Shown one piece after another: positions 25,058 through 38,240 of a stretch of DNA of 64,000 bases. The position numbers were made by a program, and so were the translations under genes. The stretch spans positions 248,001 through 312,000 of the forward strand of contig JAMWBK010000010.1 in NCBI GenBank assembly GCA_029953675.1. The letters are read 5' to 3'. The notes under the pieces were generated by a model that had not been told where the DNA came from, searched no databases, and worked only from the letters and a program-made list of their open reading frames with translations. Position 1 is the stretch's first letter; every line of letters begins with the position of its first letter. This DNA is from Rhodosorus marinus CCMP1338. Its lineage: Eukaryota; Plantae; Rhodophyta.

Positions 25058-28000
25058 CTACGCGACAAAGTTGACTAGTTTGTTGGGTACGAAGACGACT
25101 TTCTTGATCGGCTTTCCATTGACCTCGTCGCCATGTATCTTGAGTGCAGAGCGTGCAAATGCTTCAGCAGCGTCCTTATCTAGCCCCACTGCGGTGCTCA
25201 ATCTCAATTTTTGCTGAAGCCAGCAGAAAACCAAAGATTCAGTATGTTTCTTTCCAGACATTCCTGTCGAAACGTAGTTCTCAAAAGCATGTATGATGAG
25301 CTACGAGCTTACTTTTCCGTTGATCAAAAGGGAGTATTGAACCTCGTCAACTGCTAGATGCTCCTCATTGTGCTTCGGCCAAGGCACTTTCGAGACCGAA
25401 CCGCTGTGGCCAAGCTTTTCCCATAGTTCCTCCGTTAAGTGCGGTGCGTAGGGGGATAAAAGTACTACGAATGGCTCCAATAGACATCTACCAACAAAGC
25501 CGAAAAGAAAAAAAAATCAGCCCAAGCAAAGCAAAATATGGTGCAGGCAGATCGCTGCATACCTGTCAATTGGTCCCTCCCACTTCATGGCAGTGTTAAT
25601 GTACTCCATCATCGAGGCGAGGGCTGTATTGAACTTCATTTCCTCTGTCAATTGCGTAACGGTCTTGATTGTACCGTGCAAAGCTGCTAGTTGCTCTTTC
25701 GATGGGTTCGCGTTCTCTGAAATCATGGGGTTTAGGGGAGCATTCCCGTCTTCATCTTCCTCGGTAAAGATGCGCCAGACCTTTTGGAAAAACCTGTATA
25801 CGCTTAGAGCGAAGCAATCAGACATGACATGTATGAAATCACAACCATAACCGTGTCAAGCACTTGTAGTCTTCGAATACCTGGATAATCCTTGAACACC
25901 AGTAGTAGTCCAGGGCTTCACCTGCTCCAAAGGTCCCATGAACATCAAATAACAACGCAATGCGTCTGCTCCGTGTTCTTGGATAACGTCATCGGGATTC
26001 ACTACGTTCCCTCTGCTTTTCGACATCTTATGCGAGCGGGCTTGCACGCGGACCTCCGGGTTGCTCTTGAGGAAGAAGCTGTCCCCCTTTTTTAAGAGGT
26101 CCTTTGCATCCATCTGGGGGGGATGCAACACGTCCACTTCAGTCATGGCGCTTGACGAATTCGCCACGTTCCGGTGCCCCGATGCGGAAGTAGCATACCT
26201 GCTCGCCAAAAACCCTCTCTCCAGTTCTCTTAATCGTCTCATCAACCTCATTTATCAGCTTCGTGGAAACATAATCTCCTGAGGCGTCCTTGAATCCCGT
26301 GTACTCCACATTCCCCAGGATTATGCCTTGATTAACTAGCCGCTGGAACGGCTCCTTGGTACTTACCACTCCACAGTCGTATAGAACCTGACAAGGACAA
26401 ATCACTCAGCACTCTGCTGACTGAGCAATTTCCTTTGCATGAATACCTACCTTGTGCCAAAACCTTGCGTACAGCAGGTGAAGAACGGCGTGTTCCACGC
26501 CGCCAACATACAAATCGACCGGCATCCAGTACTTCTCCAAGTCCCGATCGACAAGGACGTCGTCGTTCTCAGGGTCAATATACCGCAAATAGTACCTTGG
26601 GTTCGCCGAAAAGTGAGTTAGATGGCGTGAAGGTTGTCAGTCACAAAACTTAATGATGGCAGAGTACGGTTGGTTGCTTCTGGTCCCGTACCAGCAGCTT
26701 CCAGCCCACTGGGGCATCGTGTTTGTCTCACGGACAGCGTCTTTACCAGTCTCTTTGTCCTTAACCTGAACCCAAGAATCAATCGTGGACAGCGGCGATT
26801 CTCCAGTTCCGCTGGGCTGGTACGTATCGACATCTGGCAGTACCAGAGGGAGCTCTGAATCATGTAATGCTCTTGGCTCTCCGTCGACGAAGACGATGGG
26901 AAATGGCTCTCCCCAGTACCGCTGCCTTGAGAAAAGCCAATCCCGCAACTTGTATTTAACCTGCGCGGCATGAGAACGCGACGTTGGCATTTCAGGCGTT
27001 GGAAGGAGCAGTTGCAACCTACGATGTGCATCCAAAGAAAGGACAATCCGTGGACATTTTCAGTCGCATACAGTCCATCTCCCAAGACCAGTTTCAGCAA
27101 AATTCTCCTTCAATTTCATTTTCGCTTCAGCTGCGTCCATGCCGTCCAAATCCAGGGAAAGCGCGTTGTTCCAGTTCACTATCTTTCCAGGTCCATCATA
27201 AGCAGATTTCGAAATGTCACCGCCAGTAACGACCTCCATAATCGGGAGGTCAAACTCCGTTGCAAATTCAAAATCTCTCTGATCATGAGCAGGAACAGCC
27301 ATAACGGCACCAGTTCCATAACCTTAATAAAGACAAAACCCGGCTTCAGGAGGGGCCATGTCTAGCTAGAGAAGGCTCGGGTGAACAGTACCCCCGAGAA
27401 CGTAGTCGGCAACCCACAGCGGCACTTCCTCGCCATTTACTGGGTTGATTACCATCGACCCAGTCCAGACACCTGTCTTCTTAGTGGCGCCCTCTCCAGT
27501 TCTGTCGCGATCACTCTTCATGATGGCTTCTTGAATGTATTGCTCGACCGATTCCCTCTGTCCTTCTGCAACGAGCTCCATGATGCTTCAACGTCACAAT
27601 GAGGAAAAAAGAAAGCATTTGGCATGTCAGACACAATTCTACCCCCACGAACTGTACTGGACAACTTAAGGGCTTCAATGTTAGCGTTCGTTCCCAGGCT
27701 TAACCCGTGCCGCGCGCAGGCGCTAGGGCCAACTACTCATTTCATCATCGAACAATCACAGTTTTGCAGTATTTAAAACCTACTTCTCATATTCAGGAGC
27801 TAGGCATACGTAGCTCACTCCGCAAATTGTCTCCGGTCGGGTTGTATAAACTGAAATTGATCTAAAACAGACCAGAGAGTCGACCACCAACTTAGCCGAT
27901 GTTCGACGTTGCGACACTCCTAGAGGAAACATCATACCTATCAGAATGAGACTTGACATCAAAGGACATTTCCGTCCCTTCAGATCGACCAATCCATTCC

Positions 28001-28870
28001 CGCTGCATGGTCTTCAGGCTCTCTGGCCAATCCAGTGTATCGAGGTCTTCAAGCAGTCTTTCCGCGTACTCTGTGATCCGCAACATCCACTGACGCATTG
28101 GTCTCCGTTCCACTGGAAATCCTCCGCGCTCCGACTTGCCATTGATCACTTCCTCATTTGCAAGCACAGTGCCAAGTTCGGGGCACCAGTTCACTGGGAC
28201 CTGAGAATATCGATAAGAAGAGTGTTGGCTCAAAACTCAAAATCCTGCTCCCGCTCCCGACGGCAGCGAAAGTGCGCGGGACCCCCACCTCCGCCTGGTA
28301 CGCCAGTCCTCTCTCGAATAATTTAAGGAAAATCCATTGAGTCCACTTGTAGTATCTCTCATCGGTCGTTGAAAGTTCTCGATTCCAGTCATAGCTCATT
28401 CCAAGCCGTTTCAACTGGGATCGAAAGCGGTCTACGTTCTTCTTCGTAGTTTCCCGTGGATGAGTGCCGGTCTGAACCGCATACTGCTCAGCGGGAAGTC
28501 CAAAAGCGTCCCATCCCATCGGATGCAAAACGTTGAAACCTTGGTGCCGCTTGTAGCGTGACAGAATATCCGTCGCCGTGTACCCCTCTGGATGGCCGAC
28601 ATGCAGCCCAGTACCGGACGGATACGGAAACATGTCCAGCGCATAGAACTTCTTCCTCTCCTCGAGCTCCTTCCCCGCCTTGGGCACATCAGGCGTTCTG
28701 AACGTTTCCTGCTCGTCCCATACTTTCTGCCACTTGGGTTCAACTTTTAAATGATCGTACGCCATCATCGCAACAGTGCGACGTTTCCCAAGCCATTTTT
28801 CTTTCTTCAGGCCAATATTCCTGCGCCCTTGCAGCGCAAAACCACCTCCGCCCAAAAAGCCCAACTCCAT
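25058..28870 (-). CDS. leuS: Organellar (bacterial-type) leucyl-tRNA synthetase, many introns
   Basis: [19 protein letters not shown] (HIGH), [13 protein letters not shown], editing domain [70 protein letters not shown] and C-terminal [14 protein letters not shown]. The N-terminus MELGFLGG looks like a transit peptide. Confidence 0.96.
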
Positions 28871-29902
28871 TTTGTCCAAAGCGAAACAGCGCTCAGCAAC
28901 CAGAGCCGGATGCTATCAAATTATCCTCAACCCCACAAGATCCCCAGATCAAGGAAAAGCAGAGCTCCCGGGGCTACACTCAGGTCCCCTCTGACCGATC
29001 CCTTGAATCCCAGAAACCCAAATACTATATGCACAAGCGTTGAAGCCTGCCCGCCCCTACACACCCACTCAACTCACCGGCCGGACTTCAGCTCCACTTC
29101 TAAAAAGCTTTGTTTTCTAACCAAAATCTATTCAGCGTTCCAATGCCTTTCAGTGAACTCTCTTTCCAAACTCTAGCGGGCTGCACTAGATCGAAGGAAG
29201 TACAACGTCATGACCGCCAACTCTGCCAGTCGATGCCCGCTCACACCGAACTCCACTCTACATTCCTACCACAATATTAATAAGAGACAAACCCAAGATG
29301 ACTGACGAACGTTAATATTGAATATAATATATTTTAACAATTATTTTCGTATTATATTGATTGAAATCAACTATTGTTCTGAAAACGATGTCTCTTATTT
29401 CATAGTCAATCTCTCAATCTCGTCACCAAGTATATTGAGAGGAGAGACGGATTATATAACATTGGCTTTTTTCTCCCATGAAAGGAAATGTTCGATTGGA
29501 TTCATGTTATTTTAATATTTTACACCGTCTGTCTCTGTTGTGTGTGTGCTTTGGCTCGGATGTCACAATCTGGATTACCGCCGGTGAATGGGTTAGGAAA
29601 CATGACAATGTTAATGATCGTGAGTTCGAATCTCAAGGATATCGATGCATTGGGGTATTAGGACGTGGTCGGAAGGAGTCGGGGAGGAATGCGAGGGTAG
29701 CATTTTGTGATTTCCGTTCGGCAGACTGTGGGCAAGAGGGTGGGAGGCGTGATTCTATTGAAGGAGGCTAGGGGCCAGGTCTGTTGGTGCCATTGGGATA
29801 TGAGCGGCTTGGGTTTGAGGTTCCGCGTGGACGCGTAGCGATGAGCGGTGTTTCGCTTGATTTGCTCCGTGTATAATGGCGCAGTGATTATTTTGCAACT
29901 GG

Positions 29903-30290
29903 ATGGAGAGAGATCTGGCAAGTCTAGAGCTACTAGAAACTCAGCTCAGAGATCTGAGGGCTAGAATCGAACCGTTGAGAGCTACGAAAGAGCGTCTTGA
30001 GGAAGATCTTCTACTTTCTCGTCTTGCAGTTCAGGCTATAAAGTCGAGGTCCAAGGAGGGTGCCAGATCCGTGATGTTGGTCAGGGATATTCTGGCCCTA
30101 GAATCGTAAGTTTGGAAGTGCTGGGGCTTGCGTCGTGTACCGAAATGGCTTGTGCATAGCTGAATTTTTGTGTTTGCGGTTTTTGCTTGACCACAGTTCA
30201 AGCCTTAGGATACAGGGTCTGGCTCGCAGAGCGATGCAGGCTCAAAGGCAGGAGGATGAACTCTCAAGTGCGAAGAGAGAGGCTAAATGA
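29903..30290 (+). CDS. Hypothetical ~98-aa coiled-coil protein, 2 exons
   Basis: ATG ORF with heptad-like LELLETQLRDLRARIEPLRATKERLEEDL. A phase-2 GTAAGT donor and a CACAG acceptor extend it to ...QEDELSSAKREAK*. The true 5' end is uncertain. Confidence 0.5.
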
Positions 30291-32611
30291 TCATGCTTAC
30301 CACGGGAACACGTTGGAGCTTTGCTGTCTGTAGTTCCCCATCCGTGGCGGAGGGAGAAGTTGTACTGCTCGCGAATTGCTTCCATCATACATACGGGATA
30401 GCACAGACAGGGTATGCTGGGGCATCCCTGGTCCGTAATCCTCGATTCGTTTCTTCCCCGCGTGTACAGGATCAAACAGTCGAAGGTAGATCCTAGAAAT
30501 TTAGGATGAAAAGTCGTCAGTAAGCAAGTAGACCCAACACCGACTGAACGCCCGCCACTGTCTTGGACTATTAACTCTCTTGCGAGGGCATTAAACCTGA
30601 AGCGACTTGAAAAGATAACTGTGCGTATTTTCTTCAACTGAGAAATAGTAGAATGCACTTCCAGTTGGTACGATTGAAGTTCCAACCGCTGGGCCAAGTC
30701 CTGCATGCTACAAAAGGTCAAACGAAGACTCTGGCCCCCAATCGCAGTATTTCTCTATGTTGCTTTCTACACCGGTCTCCCGACCCTGCAATCAAGTACA
30801 CCACCAACTAAGAACGGGCCCAGTTCACCAAATCCGACTTATTTTAGGAAACGTGAAAGGAAAGTTCATCAAGAGTGAGACACTAAGAGCTTGTTGATGC
30901 CATCTTGCCGTCAGTAGAAATCAAGAGTTCCTACTCGCCAAAAGTTAACCTAGCCAGTCCACATAATCTGTTCGAAAAATCAGCCACTCGTGAAAATCGC
31001 AACATTATCAAGCTGGAGGATGCATTCGAGACAGTTTTAGAAGTGCTCCACTGTCGAGGTAAAACCTCAATCAATCATGTACCGTTTGCCCTAGTAGCTC
31101 GCCTACCTCGTTACAACTGTCTCACGAATCGAATACTCCGATTTCCAAAGTCTCCGGCTCAGGGGTTTAACCCAGTTCCAAGTCAATAGAGGCTTTTGAG
31201 AAAGGGCAAGAACAGCGCAGAAATAATGCTCTGCGCTACTCCAACTCTCACGTCAGTCCCCTCACCATCCAACCCAATCCAATCCACCCAAAAAATCTCC
31301 TTCAACATAAAGTACTAACCAAAAATTTCAAAAAAGCATCTCTCCACACAAATCCAAAAACTTCCAATTAAACAGTGGAAAGATCGAACACTACTAAAAA
31401 CAAAACAAAAAAGGAAAACCCTTTTTACGGATGAGAACTAACAGGCCAACGTTTTCTCAATGTTACTTTGTTTAGAAATTTGAAAAAATACAAAACCACT
31501 TCTAAGTATAAATAAAAGCAAATTTCATAAGCAAAAAAAAAATTGATTCGATAGTCAATCCATTAGGATATATTGATTGAAAATCGTTTATCTTGGACTG
31601 TTCTAATTGGGTGAGGATTCCTCGGTGCTAGTTTCGATTGGTAAGCTACGGTCGTACAAAGCGTACATCGACTGAGCGGAGAGACCGGCCTAGATGATTT
31701 GAGAGCAAGTTTAATACTGTTTACCATTTGCTTTTGGTTCGACGCGTCGATGTTTGTTCTGTTCGAGGATGTCAACCCCCTTGGAAGAACTTGCTTTGGG
31801 CAGTAGACACTTTCCAGGGTACTGTTGCAGTTGATTGCTAGTGATCCTGAAGTTCGTCCACTGAAGGAGTTTTCTAACCCCTTCTATTACTTTCGGCCTC
31901 GTTCACATTCGGCTACGCAGAAAATTAGTACTGCAATGCATGACAATAGTAAAATGAGTGATAGAGTCTATCCTCGTTTTTGGGATGTTCCTCCGAAACA
32001 GGACGTCAGCCCTTCAATCTCTGCTTGCACGTACGCCCTAATTGATCCCAAGTTTTTTTCTCGACTGATTACTAGGCAGCATTGAGCGAGCCAGAGCCAG
32101 TTTCTCATCAGCATCGCCTCCCTCCAAGATGGACAAAAGTTAAGGAGCAGCACTCTATCCACCGCAATCCAGCCAATCTCTCCATTCCGACTTAGTCAGT
32201 TGAAGTTGATAAGTAATTCCGTGCTTTGCAAACGGAAGCGCCACCGTTGAGAGAAAAAGTAGTTTCGGAACTTAGAAGCTGATGTTCTTCGATGCAAGCC
32301 CACGCGTGTCCTGTTCTGCTTCCATTATCCCTGCCGAGGCAATCTGCGTTCTATCTTTGAAACGCGTGACTGTTCGCTAGACCCTGGGTGTACAAGCAAG
32401 GGTGGACTGAAAGCAACACTAACCGGTGATATATAGAAACTGAATTTGTTTCACTGGTTGGTAGCCAAGTTCGAATAGCTTCAGCTTGAGTTGTACAAGC
32501 ATTCAATTACTGAACTGAGGATTGGGTGACCGCGCTGGATTGTACTTCTTAGGATGCGCCTGATCGAACGAACACGGAGAAAGGCAGCAGGTTCGTTTCA
32601 GTTGCTACGCA

Positions 32612-33430
32612 ATGGATAAGGGCGGGATGTCGGGAGAGAAGGAATGTTGTCAAGAGGATCTGAAGACGTTTGCTGTCAACGTTGACGACATTACGGTCCC
32701 GATGACGCAATTGATCTTCCCAGGGGCACAGGCGGAATGCCTAAAAGGTGGAGGATGGAGTTTCCCTTTGAATCTTTTGTACGCGGGCAACTCCGGCTCC
32801 TTTGCCGACCCGACCCCGAGGTCGCCTGGTACTCCCCGAAGTCTCAGCAGGAGGGCTCTTCGAGTTGAAGAGGTCCGACCTGAAGACTTTGTTGAATCTA
32901 TCGGTGAAAACGGTCGACGAGTATTCTCGAAAGTCTTCTTAATTCAGCACGCTGAACGATTCAGCACGCTGAACGACCAAAGATTGGTGAACTCATGACG
33001 ATTGACTGCGTGGCAGCACTAACTCCGTATTGGCAGGCAGCGTCAAAGTCACTCAAAGCCATATGTTGAGAGGTTCGAAAGAAAAGGACACTTGGCCACG
33101 GCAGAGTCAATTAAGACGGGATGCAAAATATTCGTCATCTCAGATAGGGGAGAGGTCCTCGACGAAGCGAAGGTCGTGCAGGTTACAATGACCTTCGACG
33201 TGGTGATCAATGTTTACACAATGAACAGTCGAATCGTGGTCGATGGCGTTGCGGCGTCTAGCTTGACCGACTTCCTCCCTCCAACTCTGTCCAGAATCTT
33301 GCTCCCCCCTTTAATTGCTTCATCAAAATGCAGTTGGAGACCATCGTCACATCCCTTGATCAACACCTGCATCTCCGCTATACACAATTTCAGCGCTCAC
33401 GATAATCTGACATTCTTTTCGCTGACTTAA
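32612..33430 (+). CDS. Hedgehog-type Hint (Hog-like) domain protein, degenerate; upstream exons likely
   Basis: LRVEEVRPEDFVESIGENGRRVFSKVFLIQH resembles Hint 'M.EL..GD.V.....G...YS.VI.F.H'. AESIKTGCKIFV and VINVYTMNSRIVVDGVAASS resemble the Hint C-terminal 'Y.PLT..GTIVVDGVLAS' block. Confidence 0.7.
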
Positions 33431-33525
33431 GACGCTCATTACTATCTTCGCAAGGATGCACAAAGGGCTGTAATATAGACAATTTTCCCAGTCACCTTGG
33501 TGAACATAGACGATCACCTCCGACA

Positions 33526-35043
33526 CTACCCGGAGAGCGTCTTCATCTCCTTTTGCGCCTGCTCATGCAAAGCCTGCTCGAGCAGCAGCTGGCAGTCCAA
33601 AACCATTTCCTCATCATTCCCATACGCGATAGTCAATGCATCCACAGCCCTTCGCAAAACCCTGGTCGACTCCTCTACTAGTTCCAAGTAAAGTAACGTC
33701 TTGCCTAACAAGGCCAAGTTGACTCCTATAATCGGTGAATTTTCACAGACGCGAGAGGCGTGCATATTCTCAAGGGCTACTCTGAAGTAGGACGCAGCTT
33801 TGTCGTACTCACCCTCCCGAATAGCGAGCGTGCTCAGCTCCCTGAAGAGTCTCGCCTCAATGATAGGACAGCTCTGGTCTCTGCCTGGATCCGACCACAG
33901 CCTGTTTAAAACATGGCCAGCTTCGCTTGACCTATTCCGGCGGTACAACCCCTGAATCTCCTCAAGCCCTCGCTCAGTGGCCTTCATGCTGTCAGTACAA
34001 GCCAGTCCTTCCTCGGAAACGCACCGCTCGCACTTGCAGAGGAAGCAGTACCCGTTTTGGAGGTTGTTTCTCCTCGTTATGACTGTTTGGAGAATATCAG
34101 CATAAGCTATGCACAGTTCGTCCGCTTTCTTCACGGGTTTTATGAGCCTGACAGTAGCGCAGACTTGACCTGTTGAGAAAGATCAGCCCCTCCAGAAGAA
34201 TCAGAGTCTTACGCTCTCCTCGAAGAGGGGATCTAAAGGTAAAGTTAAGTCCAGACCTTGCTTGTCATCAAACCGATAGGAAATGATGGAGTTTGGATCG
34301 CAGGAGTGGTTGAAAAAGCAAATCTCCGGAAACAGTCCAAGCGCCAGAGGATTCAGATTTGAATTAGTTATCGTGGCTCCATTGCATTGAATCCTGCAGA
34401 TCATCTCAATTTCGTCTCTCAAGTAGAGCTCCGGGTCACTGTGGACCTGGTCGCGGGTCACTTTCCTTCCCAGAAAGAATGCCAACGATGTAGCCATCAT
34501 GATCAGATCGGTTCCTTGATTCTGCAGAAAACGGAAACAAGCGGACCATTCAGAACGAAATGCTCACAATGATGCGTCGTCTTGCGTTGCGTTCGCTACC
34601 CTCAGGTAGTCATCCTTGTGCGTCATCAGGATTGATATTGTGTCAGAAGCATAGTGCCGGTTGGATGTGGATCCCTCAGCAGCGGCAAGGAGCAGCCGTC
34701 CACACAATAGCTCAGTTGGCCCTGCAGGTTTCACCCTTCCCGAGCGCCGCTGAGACTGGGAGACCTTGCATTCGTGCTTATGGCCAAGTTTCCAATCCTC
34801 TCGCTGGTGACTCGTTGAGCAGTATGTAACCAGCTTACATGCTGAGCATCGTCTCAAAGTGGTCCTTGCGCTACCCTCCTCCAGACAGAAGTTACAAATC
34901 GAGTCCGACTGGTCAGGAAGAACAAAAACTCCACCGACCGAATATCCCGAGGCCACAATAGAACCTGGTTCGAGATCTTCTGAAGCATAGACAGCTCTAC
35001 CTGAAGCGCTGTTCTTATCAAGGTAAGCCTTCTGAAGGCCCAT
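33526..35043 (-). CDS. SET and MYND domain lysine methyltransferase (SMYD/ASHR-like) with TPR-like C-terminus
   Basis: Split SET (GRAVYASEDLEPG ... GLFPEICFFNHSCDPN ... ELCIAY), MYND finger CNFC...CSACKLVTYCSTSHQREDWKLGHKHEC, post-SET FLCKCERC and a helical C-terminus. Confidence 0.9.
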
Positions 35044-36694
35044 CTATGTGACCAAGTTCAAGTCTCCAGAACGGAGGTGCGGCCCCTGGCTTCGACCGCG
35101 TCCAACATTCGTTACAAACACTTATTTAAATGTCCACCCGCTACCTCCAGCCGATTCAATTTGACCTTCTTCGGCAATAAACTATCGACTCTGTCACGAC
35201 CAAAGCAACGGAAGTGTCGTACTGAAGAAAGCGTCAGATCAATTCCAAGATCGCGAATGATAGCGCAGAAACCCATCCAAGTTTCAATTAGGGTGAGGCA
35301 CAAAAGTTGTCCCTGAGCTGTGCGCTCAGCAATCACTCTCATTCTCCACCCTCGGAAAGTGTACCTAGAAACTGTAGCCCATGCTAGATAGGAGCGGAGT
35401 CTCAAACGGCTACTCTTGCATATCCAGACTCCCAACTTTTCGCCGGCCCTAAATGCTGTCAATTTTGCAATGGCGCATCGTCTAGTTCCATTTGAGTCAG
35501 TCTGGTTTCTTGATATTAAGGGAGCTGCTTAGCTCGAAGACTGATCCAGTGAACACAGGTCGCACTTTCCGGTCTGTAGACGGCTCTGAGCTTCGTGTTA
35601 TGTCCAATGTACGCCGTATTGTTGTTTGAAGCGCGAACATGCGTCTTCAATAGTTCAGCGCTCTCAGAGTAGTTAGTCTCTGATGGACTTGTCTATATGG
35701 TTGTTTCCCGCTTCTCAGGGTAGCTAGGCTCTGAATAGACCGGAGGAGTCTATGCAAAGCTTCAGATAGTACGTTAGTACGATACCAAAATCCACGTAGG
35801 TTATATCCTCAATCATTTTATCGAAGCAATCATTATGATAGTACAGCCTGTCCTAAATAAACAGACTGTCCAACGCCTCGTCCACTCAAATCTTTTCCTT
35901 CGGTTCAGCGTCGACGAATTAATCCAATAAATATAATCCGCGTGTCCTATTTTCTCAAATTATTTATCACCACGCGTCCCAGACCTGGTTCACGTATAGC
36001 CGGTTTCTTCGTTTATTTTTCGAGGCTAGGAAGAAAACCGTGAAGCGATCCATCCACATATGGGGGAGGAGCGGAGCTGGGGACACTCACCACCCCCCAG
36101 GGTCAAACTCCTGGTATCCTTCGGTCAAAACCAAGATCACTGAAGCTCCCTCAAAATTACTCTAAACTGATAATAATAATGGCAAGTATCATTCAGGGGG
36201 TAGACATGCAAATAAAGGAAAATGAAAAGATAATAGCTGGGGGTCAGGTAGATCACTACTGAAGATTGTGCAGAACATGGATCGGGAGATAGCAATTCCG
36301 CTTTCATTTTGATGGAGGAGAACGATGTTGTTTTTAGAGCATATCAAGGTGTCATCATTGATATCAGCCTATCATTAATAATGATTGAACAATAAATGAA
36401 AAATGGAAACAATTGTTGAATATTGAATTTGTATTGATTGATTGATATGGTGACGCTTATAGTATGTTGGTTGGCTTCCTGCGTGTTGGTGGTGTTTGTC
36501 ACAAGATGGGGTTTCTTATGGTGTTGAAGATCTTCATTGATTATTGTTCGTCTTGCAATGGACTGCGGGTTTAGCGTGAGGAGGATGTGTCTTTGAGGGG
36601 AGTTCGGGGTTGAGGCATTGTTTGGATCTTGCTTTTAGTGAAGGATTTTTAGTGGTTGGCTGCGGTTTTTGGGGGGGAGGTGGATATCGGAAGG

Positions 36695-37875
36695 ATGCAG
36701 GGTGCGATTGGGTTTGTCGGGAGTTATGGAGGATTCTCCGCGAAGCGGGGTGAGGTGAAGATGTCGAGTAGGAGTAGGGAGAATCCTTTTATGATGCCGC
36801 CTCCGCCTGGACCGGGAAGGGGTCAACCTCAGAAGCCACCCGTCCCGGTTCCGACTGTCCAGTATGGAGAGCAGCAGCTCGATATCTTCTCGCGCTTGGC
36901 CAAGGACAGAATATTGGTTCTTGGGAGGGCTGTGGATGACGAGGTGAGTCTTATCTCCGAGGGTAGTCGTAAATGGATTGATTACCCTCATGGAAGAGAG
37001 TTTCAAAGTTGCCGTTGATCCGGCGGGTTTCCACTGAGGGGCGCGTGCGATGGCTTCGATATGCTGCTTTGTGTTTTTTCGTCTTTGATTCCGATCTGTG
37101 GGGTTCATTGACGAAAATATCGTGAGAAATCCTATGGTCATTCTTTGTTCTCACAGCGAGATTTAAATTGCGTCAATCGCCAGGTTGCAAATGCGCTCGT
37201 TGCGCAGATGCTGTTTCTGTCCGCGGATGAGCCGGAAAAGGACATCACACTTTACATCAACTCTCCCGGCGGCTCAGTCACGGCTGGAATGGCCATTTAC
37301 GATACGATGAAGTACATCCCTTGTGATGTCTCTACTGTGTGCTTCGGCACCGCAGCGTCCATGGGCGCTTTCCTGCTCGGTGCAGGAACAGTAGGTAAAC
37401 TTGGTGCTGGCCAGGAGCCGCGGGAGAGAAAAACACCGTAGCTTTCCGGGCTTTTCTCACAAGATTCTATAAATACTGGTCGTAGGCAAGCGCAAGTCAC
37501 TTCCCAACGCGAGGATCATGATCCATCAGCCACTGGGAGGAGCTCAGGGACAGGCAGCTGACATCGAGATTCAGGCGAGGGAGATTTTGTACATCCGAGG
37601 ACTTTTGAATACATACATGTCTGAATACACACATCAATCCATGGAAAAGATTGAACGGGACACCGACCGAGACTTTTTCATGACTCCGGACGAAGCCAAG
37701 GAATACGGTATCATTGACGAGGTGAGTGCTTGCCCACCTCTCGCGGGCCCTGCGGATTCATTCTGAAGAGCGGAATTCCTGTGAATGCTTTGAAACATAT
37801 GCTATACATTAATCTTTACAGGTAATTCCGACAAAGTTCTCCTTGGCGATGCCCAAGCGCTCTACGCTTCTCTAG
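36695..37875 (+). CDS. clpP: Nucleus-encoded plastid Clp protease proteolytic subunit
   Basis: [35 protein letters not shown], catalytic Ser in AASMGAFLL, His in [13 protein letters not shown], Asp in DTDRDFFM. Transit-like N-terminus MQGAIGFVG; stop at 37873-37875. Confidence 0.93.
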
Positions 37876-38240
37876 GCACGAAGCTGAGGGGGAAAAGAAC
37901 ATAGAAAACAGCCCGCGCCTGCATTGTACATCTCGCGATGTGTCCTATATACCTCTCCTTTGCGTGGTGGCCGTATGGACTAATCAACGCAGCCTGTTAT
38001 GTCTGTAAAGAACGAATCATGATCCGCGTGAAGGCTCCTTCCTGTCCCTATCCTTCCGTAGAATTTCGGAAGACATTCACCAGTTCAGTTCAGCTGAAAT
38101 CAAAGCGTCCCTTCAAAAGCTGACTCAGATCCACTCCTATACAGCCAACCGGAGCGCCGCCCGGTACCGACCGTCTGAGAGTTTCCTTCAGCTGTGACTG
38201 AGCATAGTTTTCCAGGACTTCAAACCTCCATCGTCATTGG

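Noticed and set aside
29572-29645. tRNA-like T-arm gtgag-ttcgaat-ctca
   Set aside because: No matching acceptor stem; the candidate anticodon hairpin (aacat-gaca-atgtt) has a 4-nt loop; no D-arm.
2085-33430. DHCR7 (cholesterol synthesis) and a Hedgehog-type Hint gene in the same window as a functional cluster
   Set aside because: They are about 29 kb apart with many unrelated genes between, and the Hint appears to lack Cys1; most likely coincidence.
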